A stretch of DNA of 64,000 bases from Candidatus Micrarchaeota archaeon (lineage in GTDB: Archaea > Micrarchaeota > Micrarchaeia > Burarchaeales > JAKAKT01). The translations under genes and the position numbers were made by a program. Below the pieces are notes generated by a model. It searched no databases. It was given only the letters and a program-made list of their open reading frames with translations, and had not been told where the DNA came from. The stretch spans positions 8,577-72,576 of the forward strand of contig JBFYLO010000011.1 of the NCBI GenBank assembly GCA_041305385.1. Direction: 5' to 3'. Below are positions 8,830 through 17,185 of the stretch, in pieces (the first letter of the stretch is position 1; each line of letters starts with the position of its first letter).

Positions 8830-9275
8830 AACCCCCCTCGCTCATTCCTCTTGAGCAGCCGTTTTTCCCTCATCTGGAATTCCCTTTCCAGCTCATCCAT
8901 GTCCTGGTCGATTTCCGCAGCCATTTTCTCAAGGTCCTCGAACATGGTGAGAGCCTGCTTCCGAAGCTCGTGCATCGTCATCTGCAGGTTCTCGTTCCTT
9001 AGGTGATAGCGCCTGTTCTCCCTCTCAACAATGCCTGCTTCCTCGAGCCTCTTCAGGTGGTGGAGGCAGGTTATCCGATTAACCCCCGAGAGTTCGGAAA
9101 GCTCGGAGCCCCCAATGCCATCGCTCCGGGAATACTTTACGACAGTCCGGAAGACTTGGACAACGGTCCTGTCCGTATCCCTGCCGGAGACTATCCCAGC
9201 AGCCTCGCACAGGGCCTCAATGGGGTCGCCCTTCCCTGGGACCCTCCTAATCCTTATCATCAGGCCTTCGGCCAT
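8826..9275 (-). CDS. Winged-HTH transcriptional regulator with C-terminal coiled coil, first gene of the grpE-dnaK-dnaJ operon
   Basis: HTH region GGSELSELSGVNRITCLHHLKRLEEAGIVERE and a Glu/Arg-rich C-terminal helix. There is a 4-bp stop/start overlap with grpE. Confidence 0.6.
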   Translation of the reverse strand: MAEGLMIRIRRVPGKGDPIEALCEAAGIVSGRDTDRTVVQVFRTVVKYSRSDGIGGSELSELSGVNRITCLHHLKRLEEAGIVERENRRYHLRNENLQMTMHELRKQALTMFEDLEKMAAEIDQDMDELEREFQMREKRLLKRNERGGL

Positions 9276-9485
9276 TTTTTCACTCCGAAATCGTTAATAT
9301 GATTTTAACAGTCTATTTTTTATGGGGGGAAAAGTATTTAAATGTTCATATCATCTTGACAGTTTTTGCGAACCCTTGGCTTTGCGAGCCATTATAAACC
9401 CATAAGTCCATAATTAGTCTGCCTCGTTGAGAGGCCCCGTCATATGCGGGATTAGCGCACTCAGAGTGCGAATTGGAAAAAATAG

Positions 9486-9722
9486 GTGGAAAGTATGGAT
9501 GAAGAAGGAGAAGACCGCGACGATCGCGGATTTGGCGGACACGGCAGAGGCGGCGGTCGCGGCGGAAGCAGGTTTGGCGGCGGCGGCAGGGGCTTCGGCC
9601 CAAGGGAAATGCACAAAGCAACTTGTTCCGATTGCGGACAGGAGTGCGAAGTGCCGTTCAAGCCAACAGACGGCAGGCCTGTTTACTGCAGGGACTGCTA
9701 CCAAAAGCACAAGAAGTTCTAG
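9486..9722 (+). CDS. RGG-box plus CxxC-x17-CxxC zinc-ribbon protein (putative nucleic-acid binding)
   Basis: Sequence is MESMDEEGEDRDDRGFGGHGRGGGRGGSRFGGGGRGFGPREMHKATCSDCGQECEVPFKPTDGRPVYCRDCYQKHKKF. AGGTGG precedes the ATG, and an oligo-T tract follows the stop. Confidence 0.6.
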   Translation: MESMDEEGEDRDDRGFGGHGRGGGRGGSRFGGGGRGFGPREMHKATCSDCGQECEVPFKPTDGRPVYCRDCYQKHKKF

Positions 9723-9750
9723 GTTTTGTAAACCTGAATTAAACTAATGC

Positions 9751-9776
9751 TTCTATTTCTATTTTTTATTTTAAGG
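9751..9776 (+). terminator. Oligo-T tract (TTCTATTTCTATTTTTTATTTT) downstream of the RGG gene; archaeal-type terminator
   Basis: T-rich run within 30 bp of the stop codon at 9720-9722. Confidence 0.35.
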
Positions 9777-9862
9777 CCCTAGGGGAAGCGCTAAGCGAGA
9801 AAAAATTCGAGTTAAAAAAAGAAATCACACAGAACTCTTGCCCCGAGAGCCTCCAGTTTGTT

Positions 9863-10432
9863 TTACTGGTATTTCCCGTTAATCGTTCCCGAGTCCGAGT
9901 GCTGGATGTTGTACTGGTCCAGGGCATAGGGGAACAAGAGCTGGTAGTTATACGCCCCCCCACTCGCCCCTCCGCACGGGTAAGAGGAGTTCGAGCCGAC
10001 AATCGTCCCGTTTATGATTACCTGCCTCCCAGCAGGCACACTGACCACCCAGACCCCGTTCACCGGGTCATGGACCAGGTCAAGCGGGTTCCCGACCTCA
10101 TCCCTGACCCCGATTGGCTGGTTGATGAACCCGCAGTTCGGGGCCCAGGGCTTCCTGAACTTCATGGTATACGCATCGTTACTTCCGTTTACCCCGAGGT
10201 CCAGGTCTATCCCGCCGATGTTCGCAAGCGCCAAGGTCACATAAGAGGTATCCTGGCTCCCGCCGACGAAATTCCAGGCCACCGGCCTCAATACAGAGAA
10301 CCCGGCAGCCTGCATCACTGAGGAAGGGTTGAACACCCCGAGGTTCCAAAGGACTACCGCCAGCACAACTATGACGAGCACTGCCCATCCGTAGCTCATC
10401 ATGTACTCAAAAGAGCCCTGTCCCTTACTCAT
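9863..10432 (-). CDS. Archaeal type IV pilin-like protein (class III signal peptide)
   Basis: N-terminus MSKG|QGSFEYMMSYGWAVLVIVVLAVVLW is a basic leader, with Gln at +1 and Glu at +5 relative to the predicted prepilin peptidase site, then a hydrophobic helix. The remainder is a Gly/Asn/Ser-rich secreted domain. TATA CTTTATAAC lies on the minus strand about 35 bp upstream. Confidence 0.7.
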   Translation of the reverse strand: MSKGQGSFEYMMSYGWAVLVIVVLAVVLWNLGVFNPSSVMQAAGFSVLRPVAWNFVGGSQDTSYVTLALANIGGIDLDLGVNGSNDAYTMKFRKPWAPNCGFINQPIGVRDEVGNPLDLVHDPVNGVWVVSVPAGRQVIINGTIVGSNSSYPCGGASGGAYNYQLLFPYALDQYNIQHSDSGTINGKYQ

Positions 10433-10500
10433 TCAATCGACAATATATTGGAAGAACGGTTATAAAGGATTGCCTACTCTGGCTCTGTAAAAAACCTTGG

Positions 10501-10600
10501 GGCAGCAGCGCACCGCGGCAGGCGGCATCCGGATGCCGCCTGGTCGGCTCCCGGGAGCCGACCTGCCTGCCCGGGCAGGCAGCCGCATGTTGGGGGCGCT
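10501..10600. repeat. GC-rich triple-hairpin intergenic element, copy B
   Basis: TIR GGCAGCAGCGC...GCGCTGCTGC. Hairpins are GGCGGCATCCGGATGCCGCC, GGTCGGCTCCCGGGAGCCGACC and GCCTGCCCGGGCAGGC. It sits in the divergent intergenic region between the pilin and tdh-like genes. Confidence 0.55.
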
Positions 10601-10758
10601 GCTGCTGGGCATTTCTACAGGGCCCCTACTCTCGTTCATCTGCTCCAACCTCCAAAACAAATCCTGAAATCGGGGATTTGCAGGTTCAGCAACTAGGAAA
10701 TCTTATAAACATCAACGCACAATTGCAGTTCTGATTTCATTATCACGGAGATGTTGAA

Positions 10759-11700
10759 ATGGGAAAAATACTGGTGACTGGCGCATTCGGGCTTGTTGGC
10801 TCAGACCTCGTCCCGGCGCTCCAGAAAAAGTACGGCAGGGAAAACGTAATAGCAATGGCCCATTCCCACTCCCCAGAGCATTTCGAGGGAGTTATTGAAA
10901 GCGGGGACGTGACTGCCCCGGATTCAGTCGAGAGGATAATAACGCAGTACGGAGTGTCTGAAATCTATCACCTATCTGGCATCATCTCAGCAGGAAGCGA
11001 GAAGAATCCCGCGCTCGCCTGGGCAGTGAACCTGGGCGGGCTGAAGAACGTTCTCGACCTCTCCGTGAAGCACAAACTGAAAGTGTTCTGGCCCAGCTCC
11101 ATCGCAGTCTTCGGCCCGACCACCCCGACGCAGAACACCCCCCAGCACACCGTCCTCGAGCCCACGACAATCTATGGGGTTGCAAAAGTCGCAGGCGAGC
11201 TCCTATGCCAGTACTACTCTTCGAGATACGGGCTCGATGTCAGGAGCCTCAGGTATCCCGGGCTTCTGGGCTGGAAGGCGCGGCCAGGGGACGGGACCAC
11301 TGAATATGCGATTTGGATTTTCTATGGGGCCATAAAGGAGGGAAAATACACTTGTTTCCTGAAAGAGGATTCTGTTCTTCCGATGATGTACATCGATGAT
11401 GCGATAAAAGGGACAATTGACCTCATGGACGCAAAGAAGGAGAGGATAAAAGTCCGGACAAGCTACAACTTCGCGGCGATGAGCTTCGCTCCGAAGGACA
11501 TATGTGAAGAGCTGAAAAAGCACGTCCCCGGGCTTAAGATGTCCTGCGAGCCGGACTTCAGGCAGAAGATTGCGGATTCCTGGCCAAAATCCATTGACGA
11601 TTCGGAAGCGAGGAAGGACTGGGGCTGGAAGCCAAAATACGATTTGCCAGCCATGACCAAGGAGATGCATCTTCACCTGAGCGAGAAACTGAAAAAATAA
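10759..11700 (+). CDS. NAD-dependent epimerase/dehydratase-family L-threonine 3-dehydrogenase-like (SDR-type TDH)
   Basis: Rossmann motif ILVTGAFGLVGSDLVPAL, catalytic YGVAKVAGE (YxxxK), and the characteristic C-terminus DWGWKPKYDL of UDP-Gal-epimerase-like threonine dehydrogenases. Confidence 0.7.
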   Translation: MGKILVTGAFGLVGSDLVPALQKKYGRENVIAMAHSHSPEHFEGVIESGDVTAPDSVERIITQYGVSEIYHLSGIISAGSEKNPALAWAVNLGGLKNVLDLSVKHKLKVFWPSSIAVFGPTTPTQNTPQHTVLEPTTIYGVAKVAGELLCQYYSSRYGLDVRSLRYPGLLGWKARPGDGTTEYAIWIFYGAIKEGKYTCFLKEDSVLPMMYIDDAIKGTIDLMDAKKERIKVRTSYNFAAMSFAPKDICEELKKHVPGLKMSCEPDFRQKIADSWPKSIDDSEARKDWGWKPKYDLPAMTKEMHLHLSEKLKK

Positions 11701-11710
11701 AAAACTAGAG

Positions 11711-11806
11711 CACGCGGTTCCTGCCGTCTCACTCAAAGCCGTCGGCAGGAAGTCTGCCCCCAGGCAGACCGAGTGCCCCGAGGCACTCGCCGCAATCGGC
11801 GCTGGG
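11711..11806. repeat. GC-rich triple-hairpin intergenic element, copy F
   Basis: Hairpins CCTGCCG..CGGCAGG, GTCTGCCCCCAGGCAGAC and GAGTGCCCCGAGGCACTC, followed by a GCCGCAATCGGCGC tail. The same tail is found in copies A and C. It sits in the convergent intergenic region between the tdh-like and ferritin genes. Confidence 0.5.
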
Positions 11807-11810
11807 AAAC

Positions 11811-12284
11811 CTACTCCCTCTTTCCAAGCTCCTTGTCGAGCACCATGAGGCCGCTTCCAGAGTTCCCAACAATCTTGAGCTTCTGGACAATCTCGTTCGC
11901 CGAATCCTCTTCCTCGACCTGCTCGTCTATGAACCACTTGAGCATGCTCCCGCTCGCCCTGTCCTTCTCGGACTCCGCAAGGTCAGCCAGGCCATAAATC
12001 ATCTGCGTTACATTCTTCTCGTGTTCGTACGCCTGCTCAAAGACCTCAAGCGGGCTCTTCCAGGAGCTAGGAGGCTTTTCAATAGTTTCAAGCACAACTC
12101 TCCCTCCCCTTTCAGCCACGAAATCGAAGAACTTCATCGCGTGCTTTTTCTCCTCCTCGGCCTGCTTTCTCATCCAGTGGGCAAATCCCTTCAAATTCTC
12201 TGCCTCAAAATAGGCTGCCATGGACAGATAAAGATAGCCTGAGTAGAGCTCGCGGTTTATCTGCCGGTTTATTGCGTCATTCAT
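11811..12284 (-). CDS. Ferritin (non-heme, Ftn-like)
   Basis: MNDAINRQINRELYSGYLYLSMAAYFE...EEEKKHAMKFFDF carries the ferroxidase E/ExxH residues. An internal ATG at 12284 is chosen; the ORF track's 12380 start would overlap the peroxiredoxin gene. Confidence 0.7.
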   Translation of the reverse strand: MNDAINRQINRELYSGYLYLSMAAYFEAENLKGFAHWMRKQAEEEKKHAMKFFDFVAERGGRVVLETIEKPPSSWKSPLEVFEQAYEHEKNVTQMIYGLADLAESEKDRASGSMLKWFIDEQVEEEDSANEIVQKLKIVGNSGSGLMVLDKELGKRE

Positions 12285-12310
12285 TTTTTTCTTAATCTCC
12301 ACACAATCAC

Positions 12311-12874
12311 CTATATTTTTCCAACCAGGTCCAGGCCCGGCTTCAGCGTCTTCGCCCCAGGAGCCCAGTTCATAGGGCACACCTGCCCATTGTGGTCTCT
12401 CACGAACTTCGCAGCCTGCAGCTTCCTTATGAGCTCGGCGCTGCTCCTCCCGATGCTGTTGTCATGGACCTCATAAGCCTTCAGAATCCCGTCAGGGTCG
12501 ATGAGGAACGTTCCCCTAAGTGCAACACCCTCCCCCTCAATGTAGACCCCGTAGTCCCTTGAGATTTTCCCGGTCTTGTCCGAGAGCATCGGGTACTTGA
12601 TTTTCCTTATCATGTCAGATTGGTCGTGCCAGGCCTTGTGCACGTATTCGCTGTCAGTGCTTACCCCGACCACCTCGGCTCCAAGACTCTTGAACTTCTC
12701 GTATTGGTCTGCAAGCTCCCCGAGCTCAGTCGGGCAGACAAAGGTGAAGTCCCCAGGGTAGAAAAACAGCACAACCCATTCTCCCTTGTAATCTGACAGG
12801 TGAACGGTCGTCAATTCATCCCCATGATACGCCTTGCCGCTGAAGTCAGGGGCAGGTGCATTTATAGTTGGCAT
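12311..12874 (-). CDS. Peroxiredoxin (2-Cys Prx, AhpC/TSA family)
   Basis: Peroxidatic Cys in FTFVCPTE, a resolving Cys near the C-terminus (VCPMNW), and a conserved Prx fold sequence. Confidence 0.9.
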   Translation of the reverse strand: MPTINAPAPDFSGKAYHGDELTTVHLSDYKGEWVVLFFYPGDFTFVCPTELGELADQYEKFKSLGAEVVGVSTDSEYVHKAWHDQSDMIRKIKYPMLSDKTGKISRDYGVYIEGEGVALRGTFLIDPDGILKAYEVHDNSIGRSSAELIRKLQAAKFVRDHNGQVCPMNWAPGAKTLKPGLDLVGKI

Positions 12875-12958
12875 AGGACTACCTCCGTTATAATTAACGC
12901 TTGTTGATATTCATAAATTGGTCATTTATTTAAACCTTTTGGTTCGAAATCTAAACAT

Positions 12959-13576
12959 ATGAAAAACAGGGAAAAAGAGCTGGCGAGGGAAGTGCTCAAG
13001 CTCAAGCGCGAGATTGGGCCTTTAGTGGGCAATCGGGTTGCCGAGCTCAAGGGGAATCCCGATTGGTTCTCCGAGCTTTGCTTCTGCCTGCTTACTGCGA
13101 ACTATACTGCAGAAGGAGGAATCCGAATCCAGAAGGAAGCAGGGGGGGATTTCCCGAAAATGTCCCTTGGGGAATTGCGGGCATTCCTGAAAAAATGCGG
13201 GCACAGGTTCCCCAACGCCAGGGCGGGTTTCATTCACGAGGGGAAGAAGCACACTGGCAAGTTAACGTGCTTAGTCAACATGAAAGACTCTCACGAACGC
13301 CGGGAGTGGCTAGTTGCAAACGTAAAGGGGTTAGGGTACAAGGAGGCAAGCCACTTTCTTAGGAACGTCGGCTATATGGACGTCGCAATAATCGACAGGC
13401 ACATCATAAACCTGCTAGTTGAGTATGGAATCATAACAAGGCCAAAAACAATAACAAAAACCCGGTATCTTGAAATCGAGAAAGCCCTTGAGAAGTTGGC
13501 GAAAGCGACTCGTTTCAGTTTGGGCGAGCTCGACTTTTATCTTTGGTACATGAAGACGGGAAAAGTGCTGAAATAG
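12959..13576 (+). CDS. ogg: N-glycosylase/DNA lyase (archaeal Ogg2-type 8-oxoguanine DNA glycosylase)
   Basis: HhH-GPD region GLGYKEASHFLRNVGYMDVAIIDRHI with catalytic Lys/Asp; the length and layout match archaeal Ogg. Confidence 0.7.
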   Translation: MKNREKELAREVLKLKREIGPLVGNRVAELKGNPDWFSELCFCLLTANYTAEGGIRIQKEAGGDFPKMSLGELRAFLKKCGHRFPNARAGFIHEGKKHTGKLTCLVNMKDSHERREWLVANVKGLGYKEASHFLRNVGYMDVAIIDRHIINLLVEYGIITRPKTITKTRYLEIEKALEKLAKATRFSLGELDFYLWYMKTGKVLK

Positions 13577-13691
13577 TTGCCCTCTTCAGACCCGGTTCGA
13601 GAACAAACGTCGTAAAGCTCACTGAGAAATACAGGAGACTGTTTCTGGAGTAGCGATTGTAATATAAATCCATCCGTTTATACTTATATTC

Positions 13692-13940
13692 GTGAAAACT
13701 AATATATTGGGCGTAATCTCAGACCCAACCCGTTTCTCAATCCTCTCAGCTCTTTCGAACTACGAGCGATGCGCATGCGGAATCCCCACTCTTGTCAAGA
13801 AATCCCAGCCCGCAGTCTCCCAGCACCTGGCTGTTCTTAAGTCAGTGGGCTTAGTCGTCATGAGGCGAGACGGGGCGAGGAGGATGTACTCGCTGACTCC
13901 GAAGGCGAAGAGGGTCTTAAGGGACGTCTCAAAGTGGTGA
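13692..13940 (+). CDS. arsR: ArsR-family transcriptional regulator
   Basis: GTG start. HTH is LGVISDPTRFSILSAL...CACGIPTLVKKSQPAVSQHLAVLKSVGLV. TATA TAATATAAAT lies ~25 bp upstream, suggesting a leaderless transcript. Confidence 0.75.
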   Translation: MKTNILGVISDPTRFSILSALSNYERCACGIPTLVKKSQPAVSQHLAVLKSVGLVVMRRDGARRMYSLTPKAKRVLRDVSKW

Positions 13941-13944
13941 CTGA

Positions 13945-14178
13945 ATGAAAATCGAAGTCTTCGGAAGCGGTTGTGCGAAATGCAAGGAACTCGAAAGAAG
14001 AACCAGGGAGGCAGTTGCCAAAGCCGGGCTTAAGGCGGAAGTCGAGCACGTCTACGATTTGGGCAAGATTGTCGAGAAAGGCATTTTCTCGACCCCTGCA
14101 ATCACAGTTGACGGCAAACTGCTGGTTTCCGGAAGAGTTCCCGAGGTTTCCGAACTAATCTCTTTGCTGAAGAAGTGA
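13945..14178 (+). CDS. Thioredoxin-fold protein (redox-active disulfide protein, CxxC = CAKC)
   Basis: MKIEVFGSGCAKCKEL...TPAITVDGKLLVSG. This small thioredoxin-like protein is typically paired with an ArsP/DUF318 permease. Confidence 0.6.
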   Translation: MKIEVFGSGCAKCKELERRTREAVAKAGLKAEVEHVYDLGKIVEKGIFSTPAITVDGKLLVSGRVPEVSELISLLKK

Positions 14179-14179
14179 G

Positions 14180-15292
14180 TTGATGAACGACAAATACCTG
14201 TTCGCACTGTTCGCAACAGTTTTCCTGTTCGCCTACCTGTTGCCTGCTGAGGAGAGCTGGCCCGAGTCTCCGATAACCGGCGGGCTTGCGTTTCTTCATG
14301 AATACGCGAAATTCCACATGCTCACCGGGCTTTTGCCGGCGTTTTTCATCGCCGGGGCCATTGCGTCGCTCATCAAGAAAGAGCTGGTCCTGAAATACCT
14401 GGGCTCGAAAACCAGCAAGCCCGTCTCCTACGGTGTTGCCGCGGTTTCAGGCTCGGTTTTAGCAGTATGCTCATGCACAATCCTGCCGCTCTTCGCCGGA
14501 ATATGGAAGAAAGGCGCAGGACTAGGCCCCGCAATCGCGTTCCTCTTCTCAGGCCCGGCAATCAACGTTGCAGCAATATTCCTGACCGCCTCAGTGCTTG
14601 GCTTTCAAATCGGCCTCGCCAGAGGGGTTGCAGCCATTTTCCTCTCAATAGTCATCGGCCTGTTGATGGCTTTCATTTTTTCAAAAGAGGACAAAGCTCG
14701 GGGAGAACTGGTTTCGGAGGCAAAGTCTGGACTCCCCCTAAGCACTGCAGTTGTTTTCATAGCCTTGCAGGTCCTCTTTCTCGTGGCCAATGGCCTAGCA
14801 CTGGATTTCTCCATGAAACTGAGCCTTTTCGCCATAATACTCCTCTCAGTTGCCTATATCGCCTGGTTCCGGCTTCCCCGTGAATACGCAAAATCATGGC
14901 TAGATGAAACGTGGTCTCTCTCGAAAACGATGCTCCCGGTTCTCTTCGCGGGAGTTTTCATCGCCGGGCTGGTCCAAGCAATACTGCCAGCGGAACTAGT
15001 TTCATATTATGTTGGCGGGAATTCATTTACAGCGAACATACTCGCCTCTATCTTCGGTGCGCTCATGTATTTTTGCACCTTGACCGAAGTCCCGATAGTC
15101 CAGATGTTCGTTTCCAAGGGAATGGGTTCTGGTCCATCCCTTGCGCTACTGCTTGCAGGCCCGTCGCTCTCGCTTCCGTCAATGTTAGTGCTTAATCGGG
15201 TTTTAGGGGCAAAGAAGACAATTGCGTATGCATTGTTCGTCATTCTGTTCTCCGCATTAGCCGGAGTTACCTTTGGGTGGATTAATGGTTGA
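14180..15292 (+). CDS. DUF318/ArsP-family permease (putative organoarsenical efflux permease)
   Basis: About 8-10 TM helices and a conserved AVCSCTILPLFAG (CSC motif as in ArsP TPFCSCS). It is located downstream of arsR and the thioredoxin-like gene. Confidence 0.6.
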   Translation: MMNDKYLFALFATVFLFAYLLPAEESWPESPITGGLAFLHEYAKFHMLTGLLPAFFIAGAIASLIKKELVLKYLGSKTSKPVSYGVAAVSGSVLAVCSCTILPLFAGIWKKGAGLGPAIAFLFSGPAINVAAIFLTASVLGFQIGLARGVAAIFLSIVIGLLMAFIFSKEDKARGELVSEAKSGLPLSTAVVFIALQVLFLVANGLALDFSMKLSLFAIILLSVAYIAWFRLPREYAKSWLDETWSLSKTMLPVLFAGVFIAGLVQAILPAELVSYYVGGNSFTANILASIFGALMYFCTLTEVPIVQMFVSKGMGSGPSLALLLAGPSLSLPSMLVLNRVLGAKKTIAYALFVILFSALAGVTFGWING

Positions 15293-15743
15293 AATCGTCA
15301 GCTATTCAAGGAAGGATTCCCTCCAGGCTCTTGAACTAATCGGGCAGGTGACGGAGGACTGGGGCGAGGGGTGGAAGGAGCTGGTCTCGGGCATGTTCGA
15401 GAACGAGAGCAGCTGCCCGTTCCAGCTTGAGAAATTCGTGGCGAAGGAAAAGGACGAGGTGCTCGGGCTCCTGGTTTTGAAGAAGGAAATCTGTGCCTCG
15501 GTGATTTATTTTTTGGCAGCAAAGCCTGGGAGAAGGGGGGAGGGAATTGGGAGCGAACTCCTGAACCGAGCCGAAGAGTGCGCCAAGAATTCCAAATGCT
15601 CTTTTCTCCGGGTGGATGTCTACGATGGATTTGAGAAGAACAAGGCGTTCTATCTGAAGAATGGGTTTGAGCCCTCGGGAAAAGTGGACAATTACTACGA
15701 GTTCGGGGACTCGCAGGCCTTCTTTTTCAAGAAAATTCAGTGA
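15285..15743 (+). CDS. GNAT-family N-acetyltransferase
   Basis: Acetyl-CoA motif RRGEGIGSELL and NGF. ATG at 15285; the ORF-track TTG at 15273 overlaps the arsP end. Confidence 0.7.
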   Translation: MVEIVSYSRKDSLQALELIGQVTEDWGEGWKELVSGMFENESSCPFQLEKFVAKEKDEVLGLLVLKKEICASVIYFLAAKPGRRGEGIGSELLNRAEECAKNSKCSFLRVDVYDGFEKNKAFYLKNGFEPSGKVDNYYEFGDSQAFFFKKIQ

Positions 15744-15744
15744 G

Positions 15745-17154
15745 CTAGTCGCCGAGCTTTTGGCTTATCTCCTTGTGCATCTGGACAAAAACTGCTTTGC
15801 ACCCATCGTGGGAGGCGTTGGAGTTGCAGCTCTTGAGGGCCTTTTTTACCTCGCTCTCGGAAACTACTGTTTGATACAAGTAAAGGCTTCTCGCATAAAT
15901 GAAGAACGGGCAATCACCACCACCTCGAGTCAAGTGCAGTCCAAGAGTTCCCATGTCAAGATGGGAAGAAGACAACAGTTCGCCAGGCAACCCAAAATAT
16001 GCATCGTATCTCGCATCGGCGTCTGGAGGAACTGGTTTTTCTCTCTTCGTAAACTTTACTGATTCAGAGCCGTACAAACCTCGCATAATCAATGGAAATG
16101 CATTGCCTTTAATCGTTATTATTGGTGCACTCGGAACACCGACCAAAGCTACATTCTTCCTTATCCGAACTCCTCCAAACTGTCCATTTGCGGCTTCTAA
16201 CCCTTCTACCGGATATCCGCCGAAGTCTCTTCCATGTATCATGAAAATCGTTGATTTGTCCGAACCAAAAATATAACTGAAAATGGCTAGATAAGAGACG
16301 GATTCTTCTCTCCATAAGTCTCTTATTGCTCGTACTTGTTCTTCAGTAACGCCGCTTATAAAACCGTCTCCGGATTTCATCTCTGTCTTTCCAATTAGGG
16401 GATATCTTTGCATAAAGTCTGCAAGCTTTCCTCTAAACTCAGGGTCATGAGTTAGAATTATCTTCAATTTTACGTCTCCAAAAAAAGCGCTTCCGACCTT
16501 CCCAAGAAATGAAGCATATTTTTCTCCCAACTGCAACACAGCATGTTTAACCTCCTCACCGTCCATTTTAAGCAAACTTGCATTTGCTGCAGAAGAGACC
16601 GCATATTCATAGCTTGGGACTACAAGCGTCAGCTCTTGTCCTGTTGCCCTAGCGATCTCAAAATAACGAGTTGCTTTTACCAACACGTCCCATGAAACCT
16701 TCGTTAGTCCAGAAATCTCCAGCTTCCATTGCGTTGGGAACTCAGTTATCCCCAATTCATCTATGACGCTTTTCGGGATATCGGCTCCGCCATCGAAAAT
16801 TGGTTTCGGTGGTGGGTTCTCTAAAGCCCATTTTACAATTCTCCCATTCGTCACCCCATGTGCAACTACGTCACCATGGTGTAAAAAACAGAAACCGCCA
16901 ATAATCTGTCCATCTCCACCTCGAACTCTTTTTTCAATTAGACTTAGATTTTCACTAAAAAACGCAGAAAATCTGGCCCCGCGGTATCCCTCCACGGTCT
17001 CCTCGCTAACCACTCCTTTTTTTAGAGGGCCAAAAACAGTTATTGGTGCAAATGTCTCTTTACTGGTCCAATGCTGTGTCGCCATCGGGAAAACGTGTTT
17101 CGTGAAATGTCTAGACGTCCCATCAGTTGAAAGAATCCCCTGTCGCATGCCCAT
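15745..17154 (-). CDS. Conserved hypothetical protein (469 aa); weak ASKHA-like N-terminal DxGxT motif
   Basis: Contains ILSTDGTS, GGDGQIIGG and HHGD. No confident family assignment. It is co-directional with and immediately downstream of cysS. Confidence 0.35.
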   Translation of the reverse strand: MGMRQGILSTDGTSRHFTKHVFPMATQHWTSKETFAPITVFGPLKKGVVSEETVEGYRGARFSAFFSENLSLIEKRVRGGDGQIIGGFCFLHHGDVVAHGVTNGRIVKWALENPPPKPIFDGGADIPKSVIDELGITEFPTQWKLEISGLTKVSWDVLVKATRYFEIARATGQELTLVVPSYEYAVSSAANASLLKMDGEEVKHAVLQLGEKYASFLGKVGSAFFGDVKLKIILTHDPEFRGKLADFMQRYPLIGKTEMKSGDGFISGVTEEQVRAIRDLWREESVSYLAIFSYIFGSDKSTIFMIHGRDFGGYPVEGLEAANGQFGGVRIRKNVALVGVPSAPIITIKGNAFPLIMRGLYGSESVKFTKREKPVPPDADARYDAYFGLPGELLSSSHLDMGTLGLHLTRGGGDCPFFIYARSLYLYQTVVSESEVKKALKSCNSNASHDGCKAVFVQMHKEISQKLGD

Positions 17155-17185
17155 TATTTCTAAGAATTCAGTTTTATATCCTTTT

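Noticed and set aside
8506-9006. ORFs 8506..9006 and 8601..9002 (+) opposite grpE and the regulator
   Set aside because: They are antisense to two translationally coupled genes with strong family signatures. The sequences are Leu/Pro/Ser-rich with no motif.
9276-9485. CIRCE/HrcA operator upstream of the dnaK operon
   Set aside because: No TTAGCACTC-N9-GAGTGCTAA-like inverted repeat is present. Only a generic TATA box and an unrelated palindrome further downstream were found.
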